A DNA stretch of 63,515 bases, counting the filler, from Octopus bimaculoides (taxonomy: Eukaryota): assembly GCF_001194135.2 (NCBI RefSeq). It is 5 parts of 4 records of this genome, joined end to end, with 100 filler letters (N's around TTAATTAATTAA, not from the genome) between each part and the next. Parts side by side here need not be neighbours in the genome. Positions count along the whole stretch, not along the records: positions 1 to 31,269 come from NC_068987.1; 4 more parts are not named here. One strand, 5' to 3'. This document shows positions 1-13,768 of this stretch, piece by piece. Position 1 is the first letter of the stretch, and every line of letters begins with the position of its first letter. The translations under genes and the position numbers were made by a program. The notes beneath the pieces are model-generated. The model ran no database searches. It saw only the letters and a list, made by a program, of their open reading frames with translations, and was not told the origin of the DNA.

Positions 1-1041
1 TATATATATATATATATATGGTGGTCTTTTTTCAATTTCCGTCTGCCAAATCCACTAAGGGTTTCGGTAGGTTAATCGTTTTTTTTTTTATCTAGTATTT
101 TTTCATTTGTCTTGCCCTTTTACAGTCTGTTGTGTCGCTGAATTTTTACTGAGAACGTATATTTTTTTCGTGGTTAGATGATTCGGCATCTATTTCTAGC
201 ATATAGGAGTCCACTTTTGCTGGTCATTCCTCTTATTTTTGTATATCTTCAAGCACAATATACGTATGCGTCATACACTCGTTGTTTACACGGTGAGAAA
301 CGTATTTCACAGACAGCTCTATTGACGAACAGCAGCAAACACCACTGCAAATGACATCCAGCAACTTTTTTTAAAGAGAAAGGCTTGACTTTGGTAAGCC
401 TAAAAACATTCAATTAATCGCTAGATCAGTGGTTTCCATGCGACGTTTATATTTTCCCCATCTCCAAATACAATAAACACATACGTCATACGCTCGTCTT
501 TTTACATTGTGAGAAACGTATTTTACATACAGCACAATTGGCGAACAACAGTAAACACTATTGTACATGACATCCTACAACCTTTTTTTAAAAAAAGAGA
601 AAGTGTGAACATTTATAAAAGCTACGCGGTCTTGGGTTTACTAGGTTTATGGGTTTACTAGGACGTGTGTTTTGATGTATAGAATTGGTAATATTATTGT
701 AATTCATTGTGTTTTTGCTTTTATTCGCTTAGAGATCAGTTGGGCTTCTGCTGCTGGTACAGTACTTCGGATTTTAGCTCGAATTTCAGCTCGCAAAAGT
801 AGTATCCATGTAATAATCGACCCCATAAATTTGACCTTAAAAAAATGGTCTTAAAAAATTCGACTTTTACACGAATACTTTTATACAGTAGTTTGATTTG
901 GTGAAAATTACATAACACAAGTATGATTGTGGTAGTGGTGGTGGTGGTGGTGGAGCAACGGTCAAAAACTTTTCCTGGTTTTATGTGAATATTATTTTCT
1001 TCGTTTATTCAAAATTATTACTGGTGTTTAAAATAATTATC

Positions 1042-1609
1042 TTTGACATTTACGTTACTAATATAAAGGTGTAAGCGTCAAACAATCCATCATTCTCTTT
1101 TAAAATATCAAATTGTTTGAAATTCTTATTACCACGGCTTTACTATTACTAATCCTTCGTTTCATGCGAAACTAAAAGGAAAGTTTAAGGTTAATGAAAA
1201 CTGAAAACAGCTGATTTTCCAGAATCACCTAAACCAGACATGGGCAACCTTTTTCAAGGAGCGAGCTACATGAGGCGGGTTGCACTACTAAAAAAATTCA
1301 AGGTATTTTTCGTTAGTGTGCCATTCAGAAAGTCCTGAGGGCCGCTGTCTGCTCATGACTAGCCAAACCTATCACTGTATAATTTACTGATATGATAAAG
1401 CAGTTGCTCTATGAAAAACTGGGTCTTTAAGGTAAAAACAAAAAAATTGTTTGTATTTGTATCTGTTATAAATTTGTCATGTCCTGTAAGGAATTATTTT
1501 GCTGGAATTGATTCCCTTTTGATTGTCTCGGGCGATTTGATATTTTAAAAGAAGAGAATGATGGATTGTTTGACGCTTACACCTTTATATTATTAACGTA
1601 AATGTCAAA
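1042..1609. mobile_element. Putative non-autonomous TIR element (MITE-like), ~72-bp inverted repeats
   Basis: 1042-1113 (tttgacatttacgttactaatataaaggtgtaagcgtcaaacaatccatcattctcttttaaaatatcaaat) is a near-perfect reverse complement of 1535-1609. An hAT-like start (cagacatgggcaacc) lies inside at ~1237. Confidence 0.6.
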
Positions 1610-1989
1610 TGGTTTCAATCAGAAATTTAACCTATGTCGGTGCACCTGATATTTTATGCGACGCCGCTCGCCACGTATTACCTTACATATAATGGAGAAT
1701 GTTGAGGTAGAAATGATAGATTGCGGACTGAATGCTTTAATATTTAGTTTCATACTAGAGTTCTAATTTCGCTTTCTACGGACGTCTATATTTTTTTCTT
1801 TTTCTGTTGCACAACAAAGAATAGAGTCTATCACATATGACCTGCGGTTGATTTCAATATCTATAACCCTTCTCTACATACTTATAAACGAAATCAATGT
1901 TACATATTGCAAACAGAAGTGATAACACGATGGCCCAAGCGTGTGATTGTAATTAGTTTTAGTGTTCTGCTCTGAGTGCTAACCCCACT

Positions 1990-2970
1990 ACGAGTGTTTG
2001 CCTAATCGCTGCACTTTACGTTCTGAGTTCAAATCCAACTGAGACCAACTTCGTTTTTTGCCGCGCCGGACAAGAAGCTTAGCGGCATTCCACCTGACTT
2101 TACGTTCTGAGTACAAATGCTGCCGAGGTCAACTTTGAAATTTATCCTTTCGGGTCAAGAAAATAAGTACCAGTTGAACACTGGGTCGAGGTAATAGATT
2201 TACCCCCTCCCACCAGAACCTCTGGCGTTGTTCCAAAATTTGAAATCGATATTTAATTATGGCTCAAGGCAGCGGGCTGGCAGAATCGTTACCGCGCCGG
2301 GCAAAATGCTTAGCAACATTGCGTTGGTCTNNNNNNNNNNNNNNNNNNNNNNNNNNNNNNNNNNNNNNNNNNNNNNNNNNNNNNNNNNNNNNNNNNNNNN
2401 NNNNNNNNNNNNNNNNNNNNNNNNNNNNNNNNNNNNNNNNNNNNNNNNNNNNNNNNNNNNNNNNNNNNNNNNNNNNNNNNNNNNNNNNNNNNNNNNNNNA
2501 ATCGATTTGCCCCTTGCCCTTGTACTTACTAGCCTTGTGCTAAAACTTAAAACCGATATAAAATTATGGCTCTTTATATTTTGAGTGCAAATCCTGCTAA
2601 AGTCATCTTTGCCTTTCATCCTTTAGAAGTTGATAAAAGAAAGTACGAGTCGAATACTAAAGGGGAGGGGAGTATATTTAATTATTGTCATCCCACCAAA
2701 TTTCCGGCCTTGTCTTGTGGCTACGGTAGAAACGACCACCAGTGTCATCATTATTGCTTTCTACTCTAGGCACAAGGCTCGAAATTTATGGGGCGAGGGC
2801 CAGTCGATTAGATTGACGCCAGTACGCAACTGGTACTTAATTGATCAACCCCCGAAAGGATGAAAGGCAAGTCGACTTCGGCAGAATTTGAACTCAGATT
2901 CGTAAAGACAAACGAAATACCGCTAAGCATTCCGTTCGGCGTGTTAACATTTCTGCCAGCTCCCCGCCTT
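1990..2970. repeat. Cluster of SINE family A copies (ggcgagctggcagaa...ttctgagttcaaat...tttcatcctt...taagtaccag)
   Basis: Several partial copies in both orientations, matching the full copies at 41470-41695 and 57279-57512. Confidence 0.8.
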
Positions 2971-4839
2971 CAGCGTCATCATTAGTGCCGTCATTGTCGC
3001 AGTCTTCATCATCTTCGCCATCATTGTCATCATCAAATAAAAGTGACGGGTGGCAAAAGTGTTCGAATTCTAAAATTAAATATTTTGAAGTATTTAGTTA
3101 CGTTTCTCGGTCTCTAGGTTTAAATTCTTTCAGTTTCGACAGTTACCATTTTAGATCCCGAGAACAGGCATCAGGTATGTCCGTTCTATTGTCGATTTAA
3201 TCGCTTATAATTCCTCCCTATAAATCTCTGACTTTACATTAATCTAAGAAATCAATGTTACATACTGTGAGATCAGTGACAATTCAAGCAATAAAGCACC
3301 GGACTAAGTATCTGAGTTCGTTCCTGCCTTAGTTGACTTTTGGATTTTCATTCCTTCAGGGTTAATAAATAAATAAGTAAATAAATAAATAAATGAATAA
3401 ATAAATTATGTAATTAATGCTAAACATGTGTTTCACAAAAAAACTCGTGGCCTTTTGTTAATCTAAGAATTTTTTTTATATTTATTTGTTTTAGGGGATT
3501 TTTTGTGTGGGATGGGTGACCATATGATCCATGCGTAATCATATTTCGTTTCGTGACAGCTGGCCGTTGGTATATGATGACGATCATACGCCAATTCACG
3601 CCAGCTTTTCACTTAATCATTTAGCTACACCTTCTGACATGAACTCACGTGAATCCCTCAGTCCTTACTCCAGCCCCAGCACATCACCTGCTAACGGTAT
3701 CAAATGACAAAAAGTCAGAGAATGTCAGGAAACAAATGTACTGGCTGCCATTTGGTACCATCTACCTTGAAGGCATAGCCAAGACACAGGACACTTCTAG
3801 CTCTCTCCAGTCATTCTATCTAACTGGAAATAGATATCGTGAATAAACGCAGCTCATCGTTGCTGTTATTGTTATTATTGTTGTTGCTGCTTTGTTGTTT
3901 GTATGTTTGTTGATGTTGTTGTTCTTGATGTTTTCTTGCTTTTTATGCTTGTTGTTATTGTTGCTGTTTTCGTGTTCGTATGTTTGTTGCTGCTGTTGTT
4001 TAGTCCACACCTACATAGTACATACTGCACCAAGTACATAGTACATACTGCACCAAGGACTACATTATCTAACATGCCCTTCCCTTCTCAAACTATTCAT
4101 CGTTGTCGGTAAAAGGAGTGTAGTAACATTAATGAGTAGTCTATTAGTTTGCAGCAGTGACTCCGTCTCTGTTTGAGTTTTGGGAAAACTTTTTACATAA
4201 TTCATGGGTATGTAGATAAGCAGCTTGCCTTGCAGCTACGTGGTTTCGAATTCAACATCACTGGACGAAACCTTGGACAAATATCTTTTACAATAACCTC
4301 GAACGGACGATTGCCTTGTGAGTGAATTTGATCGGTTGAAATTCTGTGAAATCCCATCGTATATATGTGCGTGCGTGCGTGCGTGCTTACGTGCGTGTGT
4401 GTGTGCGTGTGTTCTGTATAACAACAAACCTCACAATTTCAGATTAACTACCAAATATACGTACACCTTGAACCTAGATTATATTTCAGTGACTTAAGTT
4501 AATTCAGAAACTTCATTTTTTGCAGAATAACATGTAAATGCGTCCTAATATACACACATAAACAGTTTAACATAAGAAAAAGCAAAAAAGTTGATATAAT
4601 AAAGGTTTCTTATTGATAACCTAAAGCTATATTCTAACACTTCTATTACTGATAGACAATTAGATCTGTGTACAGCATTTTCACTCAATATAGAAATGGA
4701 TTTCAGCCAGGATGAGCATTGCGACTGATATTAAAGAAAAAAGAAGAAAAACATGAGAACGTCACGGGAGATAATAATTGAAAACATATAGCCTCTTAGG
4801 ATCAGAAATTAATTTTAAATAACTACTAATCCCTTGCTA

Positions 4840-5229
4840 GTGAAGGCGCAATGGCCCAGTGGTTTGGGCAGTGGACTCGCGGTCATAGGATTGCGGTTTC
4901 GATTCCCAGACTAGGCGTTGTGAGTGTTTATTGAGCGAAAACACATAAAGCTCCACGAGGCTCCGGCAGGGGATGGTGGCGAACCCTGTTGTAATCTTTC
5001 ACCACAACTTTCTTTCACTCTTACTTCTTGTTTCTGTTGTGCCTGTAATTCAAAGGGTCAGCCTTGTCACACCGTGTCACGCTGAATATCCCCGAGAACT
5101 ACGTTGAGGGTACACGTGTCTGTGGAGTGCTCAGCCACTTGCACGTTAATTTCACGAGCAGGCTGTTCCGTTGATCGGATCAACTGGAACCCTCGTCGTC
5201 GTAAGCGACGGAGTGCCATCAACAACAAA
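4840..5229 (+). mobile_element. tRNA-derived SINE (family with gaggcgcaatggcccagtgg head), full length
   Basis: A-box-like tggcccagtgg and B-box-like ggtttcgattcc. 12-bp TSD aatcccttgcta at 4828-4839 and 5230-5241. Near-identical copies at 45416-45782 (+), 42872-43200 (-) and 35017-35232 (-). Confidence 0.9.
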
Positions 5230-5359
5230 AATCCCTTGCTAACTACTAATTCTTCCTATGTACTAATGCCTTGCTTCCCATTAATCCCATGCTAACCAGT
5301 AATCCCTTGCTAACTGCTAAACCCTAACTAAACTACTAATGCCGTGCTAACTACCCCAA

Positions 5360-6664
5360 AAAGGGGGTACCCAAATGAAACCGGAATTTTACAATATTAT
5401 TTTATTCACTTAATTTTTACATGTTTACACTCTTATCGCCTTCAAAGTATTCTCCATTTGAAGCAATGCATCAGTCCAGACACATTTTCGACTGTTTAAA
5501 GCAGTGCTGGAACTCTTGCGAAGTAATGCCTTTTAACGCCTCCGTCATTTTTTCTTCACATCTTCTACATCTGCAAAACGTTTTTGGTTAAGGACTTTTT
5601 CCATTCGGAGGAATAGAAAAAGAAAAGTTACAGGAAGCAAGATCGGGTGAATAGGAATGGTAGGTAAATGGGGTCATGTCATTTTTGGTCAAAAACTGTC
5701 TCACACTCAAGGCGGTGTGCACAGGCGCATTGTCGTGATGAAACCACCACTGTCAGTTTTGCCACTTGTCGAGGTGTTTTCGTCTCGCTGGATCTCGCAA
5801 ATGCTTCAGAACTGCCAAGTAAAATATCTGATTAACAGTTTGACCAGGAGGAACAAATATTGTTTGGACAATTCCTTTCGCATCGATGAAACAAATTAGC
5901 ATTGTCTTGACATTAGACTTCCTTTGATCCACTTTTTGAGGGCGTGGTGACATTGAATGACTTCATTGACTTGAGTGCTGCTTGGTTTCGGGGTTGTAAC
6001 CGTAGCACCAGCTTTTGTCACCAGTGGTAACCTTCGAAAAATGGTTCGGATCAACTTCCAAATATTCTTTCAGTTCACGACACGCATTCAGTCGTGACTA
6101 CTTTTGATCTTCCTTGAGCAAGTGAGGCACACATTTTGCTGCAACTCTTTTCATTCGCAGTTCCTCGCACAAAATTCGTTGGTAGGAGCTCCGGGACACA
6201 CCAGTCATATCAACAAGTTTGTCAATTGTTCGGCGATGGCCCTCCAAGACCAGTTCATGAATTTTCGTGATGTTTTCATTCGTTCAGGAAGTCGACGGTC
6301 ACTCTGAACGAAGTTGGCCTTCAAACGATAAGTAAACATTCCTAAGGAGTGAAAACCTCTCGTAAACTTGTGTTTTGCTCATGACAGCTGTTTGAAGCAT
6401 GACAACTGTTTTGGCCGCCGTTTCCCCCAGAATTTCACGGAAGCATGCTGTCCCTTTCTTTCAGCCATCGCAAAAATCGACGAACAGGGGAGAAGCGCTG
6501 CAAAATAAAGACACATCACGTGACGGTTAAACTACAGCCAACGATGCCGGTCGGCAGATTGGTGCCTGAGGGTAGCATTAAGTGGCTTCTAGCGGTGAAA
6601 GCCTGGATTACAACGGGCTTGTCCCACAGAGAACGTTTCCGGTTACTTTTGGGTACCCCATCGT
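5360..6664 (-). mobile_element. Decayed mariner (Tc1/mariner) DNA transposon
   Basis: TIRs ggggtacccaaatgaaaccggaa (5364) and ttccggttacttttgggtacccc (to 6659). Minus-strand peptide SPRPQKV...SNVKTMLICFIDAKGIVQTIFVPPGQTVNQIFYLAVLKHLRD is typical mariner transposase. Many stops and frameshifts. Confidence 0.92.
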
Positions 6665-7182
6665 GCTACTGCTATCAAGCTGCTATTCAAACGTACTTGA
6701 ATGAAAGTGTTGGGGAAAATGTTCAATACATAAAAGATCACTGACAAAAGCTTGTGTATTAGAAACTGATAGATATATATGATATATCTAGCGATAAAAA
6801 ATATAAAAAAAACATACTATCAACCAGAAGCAGAAAATAAAGACAAGGAAATATCCAAGTCGCAATATTTTAACTGAAAATTATATTTACGCAGAAGATA
6901 TTACATTAATCTTCAAACTGGTCAAAAATATCTACCAAGTATGTTTAGTCTTCGTTCTTGCAATGTCAAGACGTTCGAGTTTCCACTGCAAATTTTAGAT
7001 CACTAAAACGTCAAGTTAGTTAAATATTTACTTTTTCATGTCTGTAGAAACATTTACTTTCTATGAATTCATACAACCGGTTGGACAAGATAACTTGTAT
7101 ATGAGTGCTTCCAACACATCATCGAGTGTTTCTTATGACAGTTATAGACGCTAGGACGCTAGTTATAGGAGTGTTTCCATTG

Positions 7183-7232
<50 letters not shown>

Positions 7233-7637
7233 TTGAATACAAATATTAGCGTGTTACTAATTAGCAAAGAGCAATATTTCATCTTCATTGCAAGCGTTTG
7301 CATATAAAAGTTCTGATATTAATATGTTAATATGTTTGTCTTGTTTTATTCTTTAGTGAATTCCAAGTTCTTTCGATCTAGATTTTTTTGAATTTCAGAT
7401 TGTCTCCATGTTGTTAAGTAAAAGAAAATAATATAAATAGTTAAAAATAACAGTTAGTGATAATTACTAAACACTTGGTCCTCCATTATTCCAATCCAGT
7501 GAATAAATTTGTTTTCTTTTATTGTTTTTCTTTTATATTCTGCGATTCATTACATCTATAGAATAATTTTATAAGAAAAAAAAACAACAACCGTATAACC
7601 ATGTAAACCCCATGTGAATTTATTTGCAGTACCATCA

Positions 7638-7710
7638 ATGGCTATGTTAAGAATACCTTCTTTAATCACAATCATCATTGTCCTGCTTTTTGGTTCGGAC
7701 ATAATCGCAG
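7638..7710 (+). CDS. Signal-peptide exon of a putative secreted protein (MAMLRIPSLITIIIVLLFGSDIIA, phase-1 donor)
   Basis: Acceptor tttatttgcag ending 7629, ATG at 7638, basic n-region plus hydrophobic h-region, consensus donor CAG|GTAAGT at 7710/7711. Confidence 0.7.
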
Positions 7711-8220
7711 GTAAGTTATATAAACTATGGAATCTACTCCGTAATATTTTCACATATTTCTCATACACGGTTTTCTTGCGTGGCCTACATAACTTAGTGG
7801 CATAAATTATGTAATATCTAAGATGTAAATCTTAAACATTTACCAGAGCTGTATTGATTCCTATTTTCACTATAGAGTTCAACAACCCAGGCAAGCATTA
7901 AACAAAACATTTTTTACATGAAATGTTTGTTGAATTTTTTTGAGAGAATCCAAAAAAATGTGGGGTTACATCGCGCAAAATAACTTTTTTTTCGCATGAA
8001 AATATCTACTGCTAATTCCTTTAAATGTCTCCAGATCAGCAATAAAAAGTTTCTGTGTTGTATTTACATGGACCTTGAAATTTCAAGAAATGTTATGAGT
8101 TTGATAGACAACAATGTCTGTGGTCAATATTCTCATTTAATTGGATATGAGATAAGTGACAAAAGAAAATATTCTACATTGTTCCCCCAGAAGTTCTTGA
8201 AGGTGTCCCTAGTTGAGCCA

Positions 8221-8267
<47 letters not shown>

Positions 8268-8549
8268 TATATATATACATACATGCGCATTTGTTTTTAC
8301 AGTACATTTATATGTAATGCTTCAATGTAAAGACTCAATTGCCAAAGAGACTTATGTATAAATGGTATAAATGTACTGTAAAACAAGTATACATACATAA
8401 ATACATGTGTGTGTGTATGTGTATGTGTGTGAGTGTATGTGTATGTGTATTATATGTATATATAAAAGTCCTTTGACGATTGAGTGTTAACATAGAAACA
8501 TATAAATGCACTGTAAAAATAAGTGCACCTGTATATACATATATTGCGA

Positions 8550-8850
8550 CACCTTCAAGAAATGCTGGAGGAACACATGCAACATCATTTTGGAACAGCT
8601 GTAGAAGGCAATGCACACCACTCGCAGACCTCATATGGGACCTCAAACAGAGAAAATACAATACAGCACAACTTGTACAGTACTACGAAATGCAAAACCA
8701 TATAACGCATACTCAAAAGCGTGTAACCCCTGCCTGAAAGAGACTCTTGAAATGACATTATCTAATGATAAAATAACCAACAAATAGTTGATTATTTTAA
8801 CATGTAACCATAGACTTAAAGCTCATTTCTGTAATTTGGAAAGAATACAT
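8550..8850 (+). mobile_element. Penelope-like element remnant (GIY-YIG endonuclease C-terminus)
   Basis: Frameshifted translation ...THATSFWNSCRRQCTPLADLIWDLKQRKY...KPYNAYSKACNPCLKETLE...ILTCNHRLK matches the Penelope pattern HxxSF...LSxxIWxLK...PY...CNLCLxEK...CRH. Confidence 0.75.
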
Positions 8851-10782
8851 AATGTTAAATGTTATATTAACCCTTTATTTACTCAAAAATGTACTTATAA
8901 TTTGATGATTATTTCTACTTCCAAGATTGTGATGTTGCTTACCTGAATTATATAATGTTTGCAATAATTTGTATGTATCAATGATCGTTTAGTTATACCA
9001 ATCAGTTTTTTACTCAAAAATGTTATTATAATGTCTCAGTATCATTATTGGTATATCTAAATGATATTATTTATATTGTTGTACACCTACATTGTATGAT
9101 CCCATAATTACTGATTTGTTAGGTACAGTTGTTTAGGTAAAGAGGAAGTGCCTATAGAAAGGACCGGCTTACGCTGGAGGAATGTTATAGCGTTAGTCGA
9201 AAATGGTTGGTAGAGTGACATGGAGAGATGCACATTGATGAGAGAAAAATGAGAGTCTCTTTAGAGAGATATATGTAAGTAAATACAGGTGTATGTACAT
9301 TAGTGTGAAATAAAAGGATATGTATGTATGTATAATGACTGCATGGGTCTGAAAACTGTTGTTTAACCTAATGCTAAGAAGTGAAAGGAATCGTCAATAG
9401 TGTGTATATAAACACGTGTGTGCATAAGTATGAATGTTTGTATTGTGTCTAAAGAATGTGTATAAATGTATGTATATCTATGGCAGTATATATATATATA
9501 TATATATATATATATNNNNNNNNNNNNNNNNNNNNNNNNNNNNNNNNNNNNNNNNNNNNNNNNNNNNNNNNNNNNNNNNNNNNNNNNNNNNNNNNNNNNN
9601 NNNNNNNNNNNNNNNNNNNNNNNNNNNNNNNNNNNNNNNNNNNNNNNNNNNNNNNNNNNNNNNNNNNNNNNNNNNNNNNNNNNNNNNNNNNNNNNNNNNN
9701 NNNNNNNNNNNNNNNNNNNNNNNNNNNNNNNNNNNNNNNNNNNNNNNNNNNNNNNNNNNNNNNNNNNNNNNNNNNNNNNNNNNNNNNNNNNNNNNNNNNN
9801 NNNNNNNNNNNNNNNNNNNNNNNNNNNNNNNNNNNNNNNNNNNNNNNNNNNNNNNNNNNNNNNNNNNNNNNNNNNNNNNNNNNNNNNNNNNNNNNNNNNN
9901 NNNNNNNNNNNNNNNNNNNNNNNNNNNNNNNNNNNNNNNNNNNNNNNNNNNNNNNNNNNNNNNNNNNNNNNNNNNNNNNNNNNNNNNNNNNNNNNNNNNN
10001 NNNNNNNNNNNNNNNNNNNNNNNNNNNNNNNNNNNNNNNNNNNNNNNNNNNNNNNNNNNNNNNNNNNNNNNNNNNNNNNNNNNNNNNNNNNNNNNNNNNN
10101 NNNNNNNNNNNNNNNNNNNNNNNNNNNNNNNNNNNNNNNNNNNNNNNNNNNNNNNNNNNNNNNNNNNNNNNNNNNNNNNNNNNNNNNNNNNNNNNNNNNN
10201 NNNNNNNNNNNNNNNNNNNNNNNNNNNNNNNNNNNNNTATAATACATTTCTAAATCTCTCAGAGAGATTTATGCAGTAGTGATGCGATAAAGTATTTGTA
10301 TGCTGTCAACTTAATGTGACAGTCCCATGAAGGGAAATAATACTATCCCTATTTACACTTAGGAAGCAGCACCGCTTCCTGTCGGCCATGACACATTTCC
10401 TGTGTCCTTATGTTTACAAGCGGGGAGATAAGTACCTTCACTTAGCTAAGCCTACACCCAGAGACATGTTTGTGAATCTTTGCTCGTTATCAGTCTGGAG
10501 TAGCAATGGCCTGCTAGTTGAAATCTTTATTACGATCACTACGGATCACACATAGATGAGGACAAACAATTACACAAAATGAATGAGATCGTGATTATAT
10601 ACAGTTTTTGGTTTTAACAATTATGTACAATTTAATAAATGAAATTAAAATTAATGAGAACTTGACAAAAATTTAGAGAACTTAAACTGATCCGTTTTGT
10701 GTTTTTCAAATTACACAGAAATTAGATTCTCCAACCGCGCAGCCTATAAGGCCCAGCAGATCACTTTTTATTTCTTCGATGG

Positions 10783-13768
10783 TTAATTTGGGCAACTAGC
10801 ACCCACCTTTTTCATCACTTTCTTCAGTCTTTGCTCATATACTCTTGCTGACAATGTCCTCTTACCAGCCTTATCTTGCTTTTTAGATGATATCTGAAGT
10901 AAACCAGCAAACCGGTGCCGGATATATAGGACCCTGTCACAAAACCTTCTATTCTTGTTCTCTATATGCACTCTTTCAACACTGCTACCGTACAGAGAAA
11001 ACAAGCCTCACCTTTCTTCGAGAGTCCAGTTGGCTGTATCATCTTTATTATAGATCCAGCCGACAGCTGTACTCGACCCAGATGCGACAACACGTAAATC
11101 ATCAAACCCGAAAGCTTCTGACAATGGACAAAAGCGTGCTGGACAGTTTCACTGTCCAGCTCACATCTTGGACATGACATGTCGGTGGCACTGCCATACT
11201 GTGCCTTGATAACTTATAACGAACAGGTAAAGCGTTCCTGTATCACTGCCAAGTCATGGATTTTTGGAAATTATCCAATATCCCGGCCTGAAAGTTTTTC
11301 GGAACAGGTCGGTAAGTTGGTTCTCATCGAACCCCAGAGCCCTTCCTAAGACGTCGTCATTTTTGCCTTCCACCAGCCCTCTATAGAATACCGAGGTGGT
11401 ATTTCTGCACACAGCCTTGCCCGTCTTGTGGATTAGCCAGTGTTCCTGATGGCACTGCTTCTGCCATAAAGTCAGATTACGCCTTTTAATGAAACCGGGT
11501 TTAAAACGATCCAGCGAGGCCGATCGCGGCAAGAACACCTCTGCCAGCGGACTCCACAACTTATCACCCTCCAGGTGGCACCAGAGATGTCTCAGCCTCA
11601 ACGCATGTCTGCGCATCATTAGTCAGGGCATCCCCAGACCACTCGTTAGCGATTCCTGGCAGCACACAGAGCGCCCCACAAGTGGCTTTCCTCCCTTCCA
11701 CAAAAAGCGGAATAGGAGTCTTTCCAGCTTGCTTAGCCAAGAATTGGGACAAGGCACAACGGACAGGTGATAGGTGATTACAGATGCTATAAACACCTGC
11801 ACCACCTCCGCTCTACCCTTCAAGGACAGAGACTTTCCGGACCACTTCCGTACTATGGCCTCCGCCTTGTTCAGTACCTCGCTCCAATTCTTCTCCGTCT
11901 GGAAGTCTGACCCGAACCAAACTCCAAGCAACTTAACAGGACCATCTGTCCAGTGTCCGACGACACTGGACAATATCGGCTAGTTCCTCCAGGTGCCGAG
12001 GCGCAAACCGATGGACTTGTCCTTGTTAATATTTGCTCCTTTTACCGCTTCGTATCGTCGGAAAGCATCTTCTACACGAGGTAGTTGTGTTAGTTGTGCT
12101 TCGTTAGACACGATGAGGGTGACGTCGTCCGCATACGCAGAAGTGAACTTACCACATCCAATCTCATTAGGGTTGCCACCTAACTTCTCCAGCCTCCACA
12201 GCAATGGCTCCAGGGCCAATACATACAGAATCGGAGACAAGGGACACCCTTGACGTACGAAAACGGCTCCGTTAGGTAACCGTTTATCTGGACGGTGGAC
12301 TTGATACCGCTATACATAGCAGAGATCCACCCGCGAAAGCCAGAGCCTAGCTCAGCCGCCTCGCGGACAGCCCCCAGGTACTGGTGTTCTACCCTATCGA
12401 ATGCTTTACTTTGGTCTAAATGGACCAATGCCCCTCCCTTGCCGGCTATTTTCCCTACCCTATCTAAGGTGTAGCGGATAAGATGAAGATTGTCCTGGAT
12501 CGACCTGCCTGGGATTGCACAAGTCTGTGCCTTCCCAACAAGCTTCCCCACAACAGCCGTCAACCTTTTTGTTAAACCTTGGCCAAAATCTTTAACTCTA
12601 CGTTAAGTAGAGTTATGGGCTGATAGTTGCTAATACCATCCCCCTTGCTTGGGTCTTTCTGGACCAGCGTCACTACTCTTCGGCTTACAGAGCTGGGAAT
12701 ACTCCCATTCTGCTGCGAGTTTCTATAGACGCCAGCCAGGACATCCCCAAACAAGTACGGCATTAAACGGTAAAACTCGTAGGGCAGACCATCCAGTCCC
12801 GGCGACTTTTCCCCAATGCACTCGGCCAGCACCTCTCTTACCTCCACGGGAATGATCGGCCCTTCACAGCATCCAGCTTCACTTGCCGAGAGTCGAGGCC
12901 CGCCAGCTAGGAAGTACCTTAAGGGCTCCCCGCGCTCAAGCGTACCGCTCTCCCCGAACAACTGAGCAAAATGCTGGTGAAAAGCCTTTCGCATCTCCCC
13001 CTGTCCATAGATTTTACGACCCTGTTCGTCAATTAAAGACTTAATACAGGACTTTTTGCCCTTCTGACTCTCCCCATGACGAGCCCATCTGGCTACGTTA
13101 ATACCTTCTCGTTTCCCAGCGCGTACCTTAGCTCTAACTCGGCACCCTTTTTGCTTGACATTGAGGTTACAGTACAAGACCGTTCTCGCCGCCAACACTC
13201 TAGGTGCTGAGCCAGATTCCATTGCCTCATCTAGGCTCTTAACTAAGTCACCCTCTATTCTAGTCCTATGTAAACTTAGCTGATCGCTAAATCTAATGGA
13301 CTCAAGACGGATGGCTCTCTTGAGGGCTAGCCACCATCTATTATTTAATGATGGTGCCACATAACGCCCTCTGAACTAACTCCTTAATCCGAGTACGGAA
13401 AGCATCACAGGCCAAAATAGACTTGTTCATTTTCCAATACATGGAGCCCTGTCTATAACACTTATCTACCTGTATCTCACATGTCATAAGTTTGTGATCC
13501 GTGTAAGGCACAATACAAAATTGTGGACAACTAAGACTATGCTTATATCTTTCCTTAACGAACATTCTGTCTATATACGATCTGCGTGAGCCGTCGGTGT
13601 TACTCCACGTCCACTGTGGAACGCTCGACTCATCCAGTCAGTAGCGGTCTACTAGATTATAGCTGTCTAGTAGACTCTTGAGGCATGGATTCCCTTTTCT
13701 ATTGGTGGAGCCTACACTATCGATGTGCTCATCAAGGATAGTGTTGAAGTCCCCTAACAAAACTACTG
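10783..13768 (-). pseudogene. LINE ORF2 (APE endonuclease C-terminal half, reverse transcriptase, C-terminal CCHC), frameshifted
   Basis: Motifs VVLLGDFNT, WTW...RSYIDR, YTDHK, KSPGLDGLPYEFY, ITLLNVELKILAK, LDQSKAFDRVEH, VRQGCPLSPILY, AYADDV and CPRC...ETVQHAFVHC are split over several ORFs in the track. Confidence 0.9.

Noticed and set aside
4840-4915. tRNA genes (also 17130-17203, 43130-43200, 45416-45480, 53695-53765)
   Set aside because: A/B boxes are present but there is no complete cloverleaf, and each continues into a SINE body.
9363-10279. Long ORFs in the track made of X, YI, HT, CV or VY runs (also 22217-23132, 31788-32699, 42254-43087, 46445-48950, 52622-53689, 58731-59602)
   Set aside because: Artefacts of N gaps and microsatellites.
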